The notes: generated by a model from the sequence alone, not told the origin. Counted from the stretch's first letter, positions 27,651-37,823 are shown. The stretch: DNA of 39,893 nucleotides from Methanothrix sp. (GCA_040770465.1 JAXGJB010000025.1:1-39893), one strand, 5' to 3'. A program made the numbers and translations.

Positions 27651-27676
27651 GCGGCCCCTGATATCTTCGGGGCCGC
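27651..27676. terminator. GC-rich hairpin downstream of the subtilase gene
   Basis: GCGGCCCC-N10-GGGGCCGC. Confidence 0.4.
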
Positions 27677-27706
27677 TCTATACGTCGATCTACGATTACG
27701 TCCCCC

Positions 27707-30700
27707 TCAGATCGAGGCGGGAGAGGATATGACGTAGGTCTTCTTCGCCGTGGTGAAATCGTCGGAGCTGCGGGACTCCGTCGAGATCGCCTCATCCACC
27801 CTCTCGATCACCTCTCCGTCCCGGCTGAGGGTGAGGTCGGTCAGGTGAAGCCTCGACGGCTCGCCCAGCATGGTGAACCTGAGGGGGTCGAAGGTGAGGT
27901 TGACCATCTGCACCCCCGCCTCGAAGGAGGCTGTCACACCGGCCGTATCGATCTCAAATCCGTCGTCGTCCACGAGTATGCCGGCGATCTCATACCATCC
28001 GGGGGTCTGGACGTCGACCTCCGCGCCGATGACCACCGATGAGGGCTTCTCTCCGGGCCCCAAGCCGCTGAGCGTCTCGTCGACGTACTTCCCGGTGAAC
28101 CGGGCGGGGATGGGCTGGAAGTCCTGGGGGCACTTGAGGATGGTTATGTTCCCCTCGAACCGGTCGATGATATCGCCCTCCCCGCTGTAGAGGAAGAGGT
28201 TCTCCAGGCTGAGGGGGCCGCATCCTCCGCTCTTCCAGATATCGCTACCGTTGACGCAGATCTCGATCGATCCGTCCTCTTCGAGGAGCTTCGTGCTACC
28301 AAGCCATCCTATCGCAGACCCGTTTCCGTCCAGGAGGCTCCCCTCGACCCTGTACTCGCCTGGGGAGGTGACCTCCACCCCCACCTCGATGCAGAGCTCT
28401 TCATACAGGCCGTCACCATCCTCGTCGATGAGGTCGGTCTTGCTCGTCCCCGTCAGGGAGGCTCCCGCCACGGTCAGGCTGACGGGTATTGTGAACCTGT
28501 CGTGATCGGACCTGACCTGGATGTACCCTTCAAGCCCCTCGCTCGAAGCGTTGGGGGGAACGGCGATGGATGCGTTCAGCCTTCCAGAAGTCCCCGAGTC
28601 GAGCCGGTCGGGCCCCGTCGCCCTGACCCACTCCCAGGTCTCCTGGACGTAGAAGGTCGCCTCCAGCTCGAAGTTTTGTCTGGACCTGGTGGTCACATGA
28701 TAGCCGTATACTATCGCCCTCCAGATGCCCGGCGCTGGATGGCTCGCCCCCACCTCCTCCCTGACTTCGCCCTCTCCGTAAGAGACGTCCACAGGCCTTC
28801 CGTTCTGGTTGAAGAGGAGGAGGGCCAGGTTGCTGTTGGGATCGTCCCAGGTGAGGCCCAACCCGAACCGGGTGACGTTCTCGGGAACCTCTATAGGCAC
28901 CGTCCAGATCACCTTGTCCCCGATGGAGCCGGTCCAGGATTCCCTCTCCAGATTCTCCATCATTCCCAGGTAGGTGACGTTGGCCAGTGTCGGCCCGCCG
29001 TTTTTGAGGCTGAAGGATGCGTCCTTCGTCTCGCCGGGGATGGCAGAGCCTACAGACCACCTCTTGGGAGTGGCGGCCAGGAGTGTCCTCTCCACCTCCA
29101 GGACATAATCCACCTCACCGGTGATGTTTCTGGCGTGGGCTGCGATGAGCCACCGGCCCGTGGGGGGAGCTTCCACCGAGACGGTCTCAGCCCCATCCTC
29201 CTCCCCCGCGGGGATGTACTCGCTGGTGGGGGATAGGAGGAAGATGTCCAGGTCATCGTCACCCTCCCAGCGGAGAGAGCACTTCAGCTCGTCGGTACTG
29301 GTGGGGACGTCGACGTATCGGTAGTCCCACTCGCCTTTGACCAGAGACCCGGATGCCGAGCCCAGCCCCTCGATCATCTCCATCGGTTCGGCCACCTCGA
29401 CGGTTACGGGAATCGATAGGATCTGGGTTCCGTTCTCGGCCACGTCGATGGACCCGACGTATCTTCCAGGCTCGGCATCCTCGGGGACGCTGACCGCGGC
29501 ACCGAAGACCATCTGGCCGTTGGCGGGGATCGTCGTCGGCAGGGGCTGGACCATCGTCCAGTCGGCGATGGGGCCCGAGGCGGTGGTGGATACGTTGGAT
29601 AGCTTCCGGTCAGTCAGAAAGAGGAACTTCGAGTTCCAGTCCACGTCGCCGGGGGCGAGGGCATACATCTTCTTCTGGAACCTGTCGGCCCCGGTATCCA
29701 GGCTCCCGTAGACGGTATCGTCACCGACGATCCAGAAGTCGCCGTAGACCCACCTTCCCGCCGTCCAGCGGTCCGGAAGGGCGCTGCAGAGCTGCCCATC
29801 TTCCAGGACCTCAACGGAGCTCAGGGCGTCCAGGAGCCCGGCTCCCTGGTAGTAGGCCTCGTACTCCTCGTCCTGGGTGTTGTAGAGCTTCTTCGCTCCC
29901 CTGGTGAGGGCTGCCTTCACCCCGGCTGGGGTGAGGGTGGGGTCGGCCTGGATGAGGAGGGCTGCCGCCCCCGCCGCCAGGGGGGTGGAGAGGCTCGTCC
30001 CCGAAGCTCCGGCGTAATAGTCGCCGATCTTCCCCTCGATATCCAGCTTCGGTGGGACCGTGGAGACGATGTTCACCCCAGGAGCAACAAGGGTCGGCTT
30101 GTACCTGCCGTCCCTCAGGGGGCCCGAGCCGCTGAAGGCGGCGATCCGGTCGTCGGGGTCTGTGGCCCCCACCGTTATCACCTTGACGCCGTCCCCGGGG
30201 GACTCGACGCAGCCGAGGCATACCGAAGAGGCGACGAGCATCAGAAGAAGGAGCCTCTCGTCCAGGTTGCCCGCGGCGACGCAGACGACGGTCCCGGCGT
30301 CCATGGCGTTGTCTGCGGCCATGGATATTGGGGGGTTACTCTCGCCGAGGTTGAGCCCTCCGAGGCTCATGGTGAGGACGTCGGCGTCGTTCTCGATCGC
30401 CCAATCGATCCCGGCGATGATGTCGGAGATCTGGCCGGAGCCCTGGCTGTCGATCACCCTGACGTTCAGAAGGCTGGCTCCGGGGGCCACACCCACGTAC
30501 TCTCCGCCGGAGGCCGTCCCCGAACCCGCGATGATCCCCGCCACGGTGGTCCCGTGGCCCAGAAGGTCGTCGGTCGTCCTCTCGGAGTCTACGAAGTTGA
30601 CCTCCCCCACCACCTTTCCAGCCAGGTCGGGGTGATTTTTATCGATGCCGGAGTCCAGGACCGCCACCACCACGCCGGAGCCGTTGATCCCCCGATCCCA

Positions 30701-31132
30701 GAGGGGGGTGACGTTCACCCTCTGAGTGGCAGAGATCGTCTCGTTCGTCTCGTTCGTCTCCGTCTCTATATCCGGCTGGGCAACTGAGACGGGCCCGTCG
30801 GGATAGACCCCCGCCACCCTGGGGTCGGAGGCGAGATTTCGGAGGACCGACGGGTCCGCATATCCAGAGACCCCGTTTATGAGGTTGTAGGAATACTTGA
30901 CCTCCAGCCCTTCGACATCTCTATCCGCCCCGTCCTTGAAGATCACTATCACCGGCACCTTCTCCGCGCTGCTGGCGGATTCATCTTCGAGAAGAAGGTC
31001 CAGGGCCGTGCTCATCGGCTCGTCGAACGCCTGAATCTCCCCCGGCCCGGCAGATGCTGACGACGCTGCCGTTGCCACCAGGGAGAGCAAAAGGCCGACC
31101 GCTAAGATCGGTCTCCATCCATCTCCGTCCAT
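27707..31132 (-). CDS. Large secreted S8 subtilase with propeptide, PPC-like and Ig-like C-terminal domains
   Basis: Signal peptide; VAVLDSGID, GHGTTVAG, AAGN, SGTSLSTP; DLDIFLLSP PPC motif. Confidence 0.92.
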   Translation of the reverse strand: MDGDGWRPILAVGLLLSLVATAASSASAGPGEIQAFDEPMSTALDLLLEDESASSAEKVPVIVIFKDGADRDVEGLEVKYSYNLINGVSGYADPSVLRNLASDPRVAGVYPDGPVSVAQPDIETETNETNETISATQRVNVTPLWDRGINGSGVVVAVLDSGIDKNHPDLAGKVVGEVNFVDSERTTDDLLGHGTTVAGIIAGSGTASGGEYVGVAPGASLLNVRVIDSQGSGQISDIIAGIDWAIENDADVLTMSLGGLNLGESNPPISMAADNAMDAGTVVCVAAGNLDERLLLLMLVASSVCLGCVESPGDGVKVITVGATDPDDRIAAFSGSGPLRDGRYKPTLVAPGVNIVSTVPPKLDIEGKIGDYYAGASGTSLSTPLAAGAAALLIQADPTLTPAGVKAALTRGAKKLYNTQDEEYEAYYQGAGLLDALSSVEVLEDGQLCSALPDRWTAGRWVYGDFWIVGDDTVYGSLDTGADRFQKKMYALAPGDVDWNSKFLFLTDRKLSNVSTTASGPIADWTMVQPLPTTIPANGQMVFGAAVSVPEDAEPGRYVGSIDVAENGTQILSIPVTVEVAEPMEMIEGLGSASGSLVKGEWDYRYVDVPTSTDELKCSLRWEGDDDLDIFLLSPTSEYIPAGEEDGAETVSVEAPPTGRWLIAAHARNITGEVDYVLEVERTLLAATPKRWSVGSAIPGETKDASFSLKNGGPTLANVTYLGMMENLERESWTGSIGDKVIWTVPIEVPENVTRFGLGLTWDDPNSNLALLLFNQNGRPVDVSYGEGEVREEVGASHPAPGIWRAIVYGYHVTTRSRQNFELEATFYVQETWEWVRATGPDRLDSGTSGRLNASIAVPPNASSEGLEGYIQVRSDHDRFTIPVSLTVAGASLTGTSKTDLIDEDGDGLYEELCIEVGVEVTSPGEYRVEGSLLDGNGSAIGWLGSTKLLEEDGSIEICVNGSDIWKSGGCGPLSLENLFLYSGEGDIIDRFEGNITILKCPQDFQPIPARFTGKYVDETLSGLGPGEKPSSVVIGAEVDVQTPGWYEIAGILVDDDGFEIDTAGVTASFEAGVQMVNLTFDPLRFTMLGEPSRLHLTDLTLSRDGEVIERVDEAISTESRSSDDFTTAKKTYVISSPASI

Positions 31133-31241
31133 AAGTGTAACACCCCCACTATACGCCGACGGCCGGGTAACAGGGCCGAAGCATATCAGGCATCCCGGTT
31201 GGTAGATAATGCTAAATAAACCTGTGGATTTTCTATCCCCG

Positions 31242-32021
31242 ATGATCATCGGCTGGCTGATCGACAACATCCTCTGGATCGGGCTCGTCCTCCTCGCCCT
31301 CTCGGCCATATCGGGTCGGCGCGGACTCTCGGGGTTGGGGTGGGTCCTCTTCGGCGTCCACTGGCTCAAGCAGCCCGCCTATTATCTGGCCATCGGCGAC
31401 CCCTTCAATGTGGTGCTGACCCTGGTGGTGGCCCTCTTCTGCTTTTACGTCGGCTGGCTGATCCTGGCCCGGAGATGCCGCTCCCGCTCCTGCGACTGGG
31501 CGGGGACGGCGGTGGCGATAGGTGGCTTCGCCTACTTTCCCTTCGCCGAGATCGCCCCCCTCAGGGATTGGCTGATCTTGATGACCGCAAAGCTCACCCT
31601 CCTCCTCCTCGCGGCCTTCGACGTCCCGGCGATGACCGGTGGCGGGAGCGTCATAACCCTCAACGGCCACTCCGTGGAGATCGTCCTCGCCTGCACCGCC
31701 ATCGAGAGCATGGCCCTCTTCGCAGGGGTGGTCCTCTCGGTCCGGGCCCCCCTCAAAAGGAAGGCGGCAGCCCTCCTCGTCTCCGTCCCGGTGATATACG
31801 CCCTGAACCTCTTCCGGAACACCTTCGTGGTGGTGGCCTACGGCGAGGAATGGTTTGGAGCCGAGAGCTTTTACTACGCCCACAACGTCGTCGCCAAGGC
31901 GGGGTCTGCCGTCGCCCTCTTCGCCATAGCATACGTCGTCTTCCTCCTCCTTCCCGAGCTCCTCGATATGATCGACGGGCTGGCCTCCGACATAAGACGG
32001 GGCGGGGGTGAGCCGGCCTGA
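31242..32021 (+). CDS. artA: Archaeosortase A
   Basis: Multi-TM; IVLACTAIES (catalytic Cys), NLFRN, AHN; adjacent to pssD/pssA; start uncertain (31209-31242). Confidence 0.9.
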   Translation: MIIGWLIDNILWIGLVLLALSAISGRRGLSGLGWVLFGVHWLKQPAYYLAIGDPFNVVLTLVVALFCFYVGWLILARRCRSRSCDWAGTAVAIGGFAYFPFAEIAPLRDWLILMTAKLTLLLLAAFDVPAMTGGGSVITLNGHSVEIVLACTAIESMALFAGVVLSVRAPLKRKAAALLVSVPVIYALNLFRNTFVVVAYGEEWFGAESFYYAHNVVAKAGSAVALFAIAYVVFLLLPELLDMIDGLASDIRRGGGEPA

Positions 32022-32605
32022 AGCTGGCTCGAAGCTCCGGCCCCTGGGTGGCCGCCCCCCTCCTGGCCGCGGTCTTTCTCTTCGGCCTTGGGATGGTGCC
32101 GCTCTCCGGGGCGGCCCTCGCCCTCACCATCTTCATGCTAATTTTTCATCGGGACCCTGAACGGGTCCCCGTCGGGGAGGGGATGGTATCTCCCGCCGAC
32201 GGCCTGGTGGTGGAGGCGACGGAGGCGAGGCTGGCGATATTCATGAACCATCAGAACGTCCACGTCAACAGGTCTCCTCTGGCGGGAAGGGTGGAGAGGG
32301 TCGAGCACTCGGACGGCGGCCATAGGCCCGCCTTCTTCCGATCATCGTCTGAGAACGAGCGGAACCTGATCGTCATAAATACCCCAGATGGGGATTTCCG
32401 GCTCGTCCAGATCACCGGCTTTCTCGTCCGGAGGATAGTCTGCTACGTTCGGCCCGGCGACCTTGTCGATAGAGGGGAGAGGATAGGGATGATCAGGTTT
32501 GGGAGCAGAGTCGAGTTCTCGATCCCACCGGGCTACTCTCTCAGGGTCGCGGAAGGAGATCGGGTCAGGGCCGGAGAGACGGTGGTCGCTGCGAGGGCGA
32601 GATGA
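32018..32605 (+). CDS. pssD: Archaetidylserine (phosphatidylserine) decarboxylase proenzyme
   Basis: FHRDPER, SPADG, IFMN..NVHVNRSP, GMIRFGSRV cleavage site; probable CTG start. Confidence 0.9.
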   Translation: MKLARSSGPWVAAPLLAAVFLFGLGMVPLSGAALALTIFMLIFHRDPERVPVGEGMVSPADGLVVEATEARLAIFMNHQNVHVNRSPLAGRVERVEHSDGGHRPAFFRSSSENERNLIVINTPDGDFRLVQITGFLVRRIVCYVRPGDLVDRGERIGMIRFGSRVEFSIPPGYSLRVAEGDRVRAGETVVAARAR

Positions 32606-33276
32606 CCGGGATCCTCGGCCTCGTCCGGCTCCCCGACGTCGTCTCCATCCTCAACGCCTCCTTCGGCTACGCCTCGATCCTGGCGGCTTCGGAAGGGAGG
32701 TTCGGCTCGTCGGCGGTTCTGATCATCGCGGCCATCGTCGCCGACGGGATCGACGGGTTTCTTGCCCGGAGGGTGGGGGACGGCCCCCTGGGAATCCAGA
32801 TCGACTCTCTCGCCGACCTCCTCTCCTTCGGGGCGGCTCCCGCCTTCCTCGCATGGGCCGCCTTTGGGTCCTGCTTCGGGGTGCTGGGCGGCCTCTACCT
32901 AGCATGCGGCATCCTCCGCCTCGCCCGGTTCAACGTCTCTTCGAAGAAGATGGAGTTCCAGGGGCTGCCGATCCCGGGGGCGGGGGGTCTCGTGGTCGCA
33001 AGCGTCCTTCTTGGCGGGGCCGGTCTGACGGCTTTTCTCTTGATCTCGGCATCGCTTCTGATGGTCAGCTCCATCCCCTACCCCAAGTTCAGAGATCCCC
33101 GGTTCATCCCCCCGGTTCTGGCGGTGGGGGCGTTTGCCGCTGCCGGATGGCTCCTGGGAGACCAACGCCTTTCGGCAGGGGTCGTATTTTTAGCCCTGGC
33201 GGGCTATCTCGTTTCACCATTGGTGATCGAGGTATGCCGACGAATAGGGAAGTTGCCGCCTTCGAGGCGGGGATAA
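32602..33276 (+). CDS. pssA: Archaetidylserine synthase
   Basis: DGIDGFLAR...G.QIDSLADLLSFG, LRLARFN, FQGLP.P. Confidence 0.9.
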   Translation: MTGILGLVRLPDVVSILNASFGYASILAASEGRFGSSAVLIIAAIVADGIDGFLARRVGDGPLGIQIDSLADLLSFGAAPAFLAWAAFGSCFGVLGGLYLACGILRLARFNVSSKKMEFQGLPIPGAGGLVVASVLLGGAGLTAFLLISASLLMVSSIPYPKFRDPRFIPPVLAVGAFAAAGWLLGDQRLSAGVVFLALAGYLVSPLVIEVCRRIGKLPPSRRG

Positions 33277-33563
33277 AGCTGGGGGCGATCTACCACCAGT
33301 TCGTGGGGTCGCCCGTCTCGGAGAAGACGGCGGCGAGCCTGGAGACGGCGATGAAAATGAGCATCTCCCTCCAGCCTCACGTGAGGTCGGTCTCCGTCGA
33401 GATCGACCGGGATATGCTGAGAGAGAACATCTTTGGCTACGGCGAGCTGGCTGGAAAGATGATCAGGGCCCTCGTGGAGATCGATTATCAGGGGGAAAAA
33501 GTCAGGGCGATGCTCAAGTTTGACCCCGAAAAAGACTACCCCATGATGTCTCTATTGGACTGA
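33234..33563 (+). CDS. mptD: Archaeal dihydroneopterin aldolase
   Basis: REVAAFEAGIKLGAIYHQFVGSPV...YPMM; GAGGT RBS. Confidence 0.85.
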   Translation: MPTNREVAAFEAGIKLGAIYHQFVGSPVSEKTAASLETAMKMSISLQPHVRSVSVEIDRDMLRENIFGYGELAGKMIRALVEIDYQGEKVRAMLKFDPEKDYPMMSLLD

Positions 33564-33624
33564 GACCGCCTCATGATGTCTCACCTGGACCGAGATCGCC
33601 TAATGATGTCTCTTCTGGACTGAA
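33543..33624 (+). repeat. Three tandem copies of a 30-bp unit (ATGATGTCTC...TGGAC.GA)
   Basis: Units start at 33543, 33573, 33603. Confidence 0.9.
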
Positions 33625-34975
33625 GCAAAATAGGGGGACTACCAAAAAGCCAGCTCACAATAAACAGCAGAACTGCGCTCACCCCCATCCCCAGGAGTGG
33701 CATCTCCGCGCCGAAGAGGAGGGCCGCTCCCCCTCCGCCGATAAGGGCGGCCAATGCACCCGCAGGGGTTAAGCGGAGCCTCTCCCTCCAGAACCCCGCC
33801 ACCACGGGGACGATCAGCCCTCCGGCGAAGACGGTGTAGGCCGATAGGAGTGACCCGATGATCTCGGGGAGGCGGAGGGCCGATAGGAGGGCAACCCCTC
33901 CGATCAGGACCGTCCCGACCCTCGAAACCGTCAATATCTCCCTCTCGCAAGCTTCGGGGCGGGCGGCTCTGTAGAGATCCAGTGTCAAAATCGAGGTCGC
34001 CGTGAGGAGGGTGGTGTCCGCCGAGGAGATGAGGGCCGATAGGAGGGCTGCGGCCGCGATCCCCGCCCCCAGGGGAGAGAGGGTCTCGGCCATGAGGACG
34101 GGGAGGGCCTCTTCGGGACGGATGGCGGGAAAGAGGATCCGGGCGGATATCCCAAGGCCTGTTATGAGGAAGGCGAGGGGCACGAGGATAAGGCTTGCAG
34201 CCAGGGCTGATTTTTTCGCTGTTTTGGGGTCGGTCGCCGAGAAGAGCCGCGAGTAGATGTCCGGCCCCGCCAGGTAGGCGGAACCGACGACGATGACCAG
34301 GCTCGCCACCTCGGTCCCGCCCCGGGCCTCTGAGGTGGGAAAGCTCTGCCCCGCAAGGACCCCGGGTCCGGCGAGATCGATCGCCCTAATGGAGATGATC
34401 AGAAGGCCGAAGAGGAGGATCAAAAGCTGCACCGCATCGGTCTTGACGATGGATCTCTGGCCCCCAAGGGCGGTGTAGCCGACGAAGACCAGGGCCGAAG
34501 CCCCCATGAACGCCTCCTGGCCGGGGCCGAAGAGGACGCCGAGGAGATTGCCGGAGGCGACGATCTGGGCCGCTATTATGCCGACCCAGGAGACGAGGAT
34601 CAGGGCCGAGGCTCCGAGCCCAACTCGCCGATCGTACTTTTGGGCCAGAAGCTCGGGGAGGGTGAAGCAGCCCGCTTTTCTGACCCTCTCCGCCAGAAAT
34701 AATGAGAGAGTTACGAGCCCCAACGTCCCCGAGAGGAGCCACCAGGCTCCCGTCATCCCCTCGCTGAACCCGAGCCCCGCCATCCCCAAAGTCGAGGAGG
34801 CACCGAGGATGGTGGCGGCGAGGGTGGCGGTGAGGATGGCGGACGATAGGCCCCTTTCGGCGAGGAAGAACCCCTCCGGCGTCTCCGAGCGCCTGGCAGC
34901 CATCGCCCCCACCACCACCATGGCCAGAAGGTAACCCGCCAGAACGAGCCCAGTCAGGGCAGTATCGTCAACCAT
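33581..34975 (-). CDS. Sodium:solute symporter family protein
   Basis: About 12-13 TMs; FFLA.R, FTLPE.L..KY, YTALGG.RSI.KTD.VQ, SALISSAD. Confidence 0.9.
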   Translation of the reverse strand: MVDDTALTGLVLAGYLLAMVVVGAMAARRSETPEGFFLAERGLSSAILTATLAATILGASSTLGMAGLGFSEGMTGAWWLLSGTLGLVTLSLFLAERVRKAGCFTLPELLAQKYDRRVGLGASALILVSWVGIIAAQIVASGNLLGVLFGPGQEAFMGASALVFVGYTALGGQRSIVKTDAVQLLILLFGLLIISIRAIDLAGPGVLAGQSFPTSEARGGTEVASLVIVVGSAYLAGPDIYSRLFSATDPKTAKKSALAASLILVPLAFLITGLGISARILFPAIRPEEALPVLMAETLSPLGAGIAAAALLSALISSADTTLLTATSILTLDLYRAARPEACEREILTVSRVGTVLIGGVALLSALRLPEIIGSLLSAYTVFAGGLIVPVVAGFWRERLRLTPAGALAALIGGGGAALLFGAEMPLLGMGVSAVLLFIVSWLFGSPPILLQSRRDIIRRSRSR

Positions 34976-35151
34976 CCTTCTCGGGCATGGTTTACGTTGG
35001 TTTAAGCCTTCCCGTCCCGCCGTCAGCCATCGGCCGCCAGCCAGCTCCCAAGCGCCCCAGCCGGCCTATCGGTGAGCCGAGGGCGCGGCGGACGGCCCCC
35101 GAGAGCTTCTCGATCCAAAATCTAAATAGTACCAACTCCAAAGGGGTCCCG

Positions 35152-36060
35152 ATGACTCTGAGAGACCCCTTCGGCCGGGAGGTGAAGGGCCTTAGGATCG
35201 CGGTCACATCCCGGTGCAATCTGAGCTGCCTCTACTGCCACCACGAGGGGGAAAAGGCAAAACCCTCCTCCCGGCCCGAGATCTCCGAGGACGAGATCGT
35301 TACGGTGGTGAGCGCCGGGGAGGACATGGGCATAACCAAGGTGAAGATCACCGGAGGCGAGCCCCTGCTGAGGGCCAATCTCGAGTCGATCCTGGAGCGG
35401 CTGCCCGAGGGGATCGAGGTCTCTCTCACCACCAACGGTCTTCTCCTCGCCGAGAGGGCTCGATCTCTTGCAGAGGCGGGCCTTGACAGGGTGAACGTCA
35501 GCCTCGACTCCCTCCGGCCGGAGGTCTACTCCCGGATCACGGGCGGGACCGAGGAGGACCACCGCCGGGTCCTGGAGGGGATCGCCGCCGCCGTCGAGGC
35601 GGGGCTCGTCCCCGTCAAGGTTAACATGGTGGTCCTGAAGGAGAACGAGGAAGAGGTCTGGGAGATGGTGAAGTTTGCGAGGGATCGTGGCGTCATCCTC
35701 CAGCTGATAGAGCTAATGGACCTGTCGGGACGGGGGATGGGGGGCGACATCTCCGGGATCGAGAGTGAGCTTGAAAGGCGTGCGGAGCGGATCGTCACCA
35801 GGGGTCTGCACCGGAGGAGGAAGTACTTCCTGGACGGGGCGGAGGTGGAGGTGGTGAGGCCCATGGACAACACCGAGTTCTGCGCGAACTGCAACAGGAT
35901 CAGGGTCACCTCCGACGGGAAGCTGAAGCCCTGCCTCCTCCGAAACGACAACCTGGTGGATCTAGGCTCCGCCGATCGAGAGGAGACGAAGAGGCTGATC
36001 GAGAAGGCCACCCTCCTTCGGAGCCCCTACTTCTGCGAAGGTCGCAGAAAAAGCCGGTGA
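35152..36060 (+). CDS. moaA: GTP 3',8-cyclase
   Basis: LRIAVT.RCNLSCLYC, ITGGEPLLR, FCANCNRIRVT.DG.LKPCL. Confidence 0.94.
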   Translation: MTLRDPFGREVKGLRIAVTSRCNLSCLYCHHEGEKAKPSSRPEISEDEIVTVVSAGEDMGITKVKITGGEPLLRANLESILERLPEGIEVSLTTNGLLLAERARSLAEAGLDRVNVSLDSLRPEVYSRITGGTEEDHRRVLEGIAAAVEAGLVPVKVNMVVLKENEEEVWEMVKFARDRGVILQLIELMDLSGRGMGGDISGIESELERRAERIVTRGLHRRRKYFLDGAEVEVVRPMDNTEFCANCNRIRVTSDGKLKPCLLRNDNLVDLGSADREETKRLIEKATLLRSPYFCEGRRKSR

Positions 36061-36121
36061 GACTCAGCCGTCATTTTGGAGATCGACCTATTTTGTACAG
36101 AGGCCGTTTGCCGAAGATACC

Positions 36122-37114
36122 TTATTGTGGTCTCTCAGGCCCCGTCATGTGCTGATAGCCTCGGGGCTCCAGAGCCTTTTCTCCCCGATCGGATTTTATC
36201 ACGATCTTTCTCTCCTTCAGGACCTCTCCGATGACGGTGAGGTCGCAGGCCCGCCTTGCCAAATCAATCCGGTCGGGAATCACGGTGAAGACCAGCTCGA
36301 AGTCGCCGCCGGCGGAGAGGGCGAGGTCGATGGCGTCGCCCTCGTCCTCCGCCACCCTGGTCACAAGGGGGTCGACGGGGATCTCGTCCTCAAATACCAG
36401 AAAGCCCGCGCCGCTCGCCTCTGCGAGGTCGAAGAGGGAGAGGGCGAGGCCGTCGCTGTTGTCCATCATGGAGGTGACGGATCGAGATAGGGCGAGGGCC
36501 CGTCCCTCCCTCATCCGCGGCACCGGCTCCAGGAGCCTCCTCGTCAGGACGAGACGTTCCTGGTCATCGTTGATCTCTTCTCCACCGTCTCCCTCGGCCG
36601 CCAGGGCGATCCGCAGGCCCGCCCCCGCCGACCCCAGGGTCCCCGTGGTGCAGAGGAGGTCGCCGGGCTGGGCTCCCTGTCGGCGCAAGATCAGGTCGTT
36701 TTCGACCTCCCCCAGGGCGGTCCCCACCAGGGTCAGCTCATGGTGGCTGTCAAGGTCGCCCCCGATGACCCGGGTTTTGAAGGCTCGGGCGCAGTCTTTC
36801 ATCCCGGCGAAGAGATCCTCGACGAAGTCGATCCCGGTCTCCGGCGGGATCCCGGCGGCCACCAGGAGGCCGAGGGGGACGGCGCCCATCGCCGCGACGT
36901 CGCTGAGGTTGACGGCGACGGTCATCCAGCCTATCTGCCGGGGGGTCGCGATCCCCGGAAAGTCGGCCCTCCGATGGAGCATGTCCGTCGTCCATACGAG
37001 CTGTTTTTCGCCATATTCCAGCATCGCGCAGTCGTCTTTCTCAGAGATCCCCAGGATCTCAGTGATCCTCCGAACAAGCCCTCTTTCCCCTCGATCCTCG
37101 CACCTCTCGGCCAT
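36122..37114 (-). CDS. thiL: Thiamine-monophosphate kinase
   Basis: DDCA, TTDML, NLSDVAAMG, GGD, DNSDGL, GGDFELVFT. Confidence 0.93.
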   Translation of the reverse strand: MAERCEDRGERGLVRRITEILGISEKDDCAMLEYGEKQLVWTTDMLHRRADFPGIATPRQIGWMTVAVNLSDVAAMGAVPLGLLVAAGIPPETGIDFVEDLFAGMKDCARAFKTRVIGGDLDSHHELTLVGTALGEVENDLILRRQGAQPGDLLCTTGTLGSAGAGLRIALAAEGDGGEEINDDQERLVLTRRLLEPVPRMREGRALALSRSVTSMMDNSDGLALSLFDLAEASGAGFLVFEDEIPVDPLVTRVAEDEGDAIDLALSAGGDFELVFTVIPDRIDLARRACDLTVIGEVLKERKIVIKSDRGEKALEPRGYQHMTGPERPQ

Positions 37115-37279
37115 GTCGTATCGCCTATTTCCTGGATTATATCATAACATCTGGCACGATTATCTCTATTAACATTACGTGAAGATCGAACTTCGAGGTC
37201 TCAACGATTTATCGGTCTGTACATGGAATAAATGTTTATACTGGTAGGGCAGTTATCCCCCATTGGGAGGAATACGACA

Positions 37280-37714
37280 ATGTATAAAAGCCTCTTTATG
37301 GTATTTGCCGCATTCCTGCTCTGTGCAGGAATGGCGCTGGCAGATGAAATGGCAGAAAATGAGACCGCAGAAGTCGTGAACGTCACGTTCACGGGTGTTG
37401 CGACGGAGTTTACCCTTGGAGATATGCCCGGTGCGGCCACAATCTGGGCAGTCAGTGTTACCTCTGATGAGGAGGGTGCCCTCTGCAGCGACGTCATCAA
37501 CGTCACCGTCGCCCAGGCGCTTGCACCTCCATGGGGTTTCTTCGACGAGAACGTCACCGCCGGTGACGAGGTCGAGGTATTCGGCGCTTACGACGAGATC
37601 GAATGCAGCGTGACCCTTCATGGATCTGCGGATTACTACTTCATGCTCGCTGCCGAAGATGAAGTGGCAGAAGATGAAGTAGTTGAAGAGACCACCGAGG
37701 AGACCACCGAGTAA
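37280..37714 (+). CDS. Secreted acidic hypothetical protein
   Basis: GGAGG RBS, signal peptide, NET/NVT sequons, Glu/Thr-rich tail. Confidence 0.7.
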   Translation: MYKSLFMVFAAFLLCAGMALADEMAENETAEVVNVTFTGVATEFTLGDMPGAATIWAVSVTSDEEGALCSDVINVTVAQALAPPWGFFDENVTAGDEVEVFGAYDEIECSVTLHGSADYYFMLAAEDEVAEDEVVEETTEETTE

Positions 37715-37823
37715 TCCTCGAGCTGACAGGCCTTTTTGAGATTGGATCGGGGCGAAGGTGTTCTTCACCTTTTCAAGGAGCCCCATCCCTTTTATCCCGC
37801 AGCGTTCTTGCCTTACGAGATCC

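Noticed and set aside
21500-27700. Integron cassette array or IS explanation for the TA cluster
   Set aside because: No attC-like RYYYAAC...GTTRRRY sites, integrase or transposase seen
32499-33563. 354-aa ORF suggesting an extended MptD
   Set aside because: N-terminal part is an alternate frame of pssA; RBS supports ATG 33234
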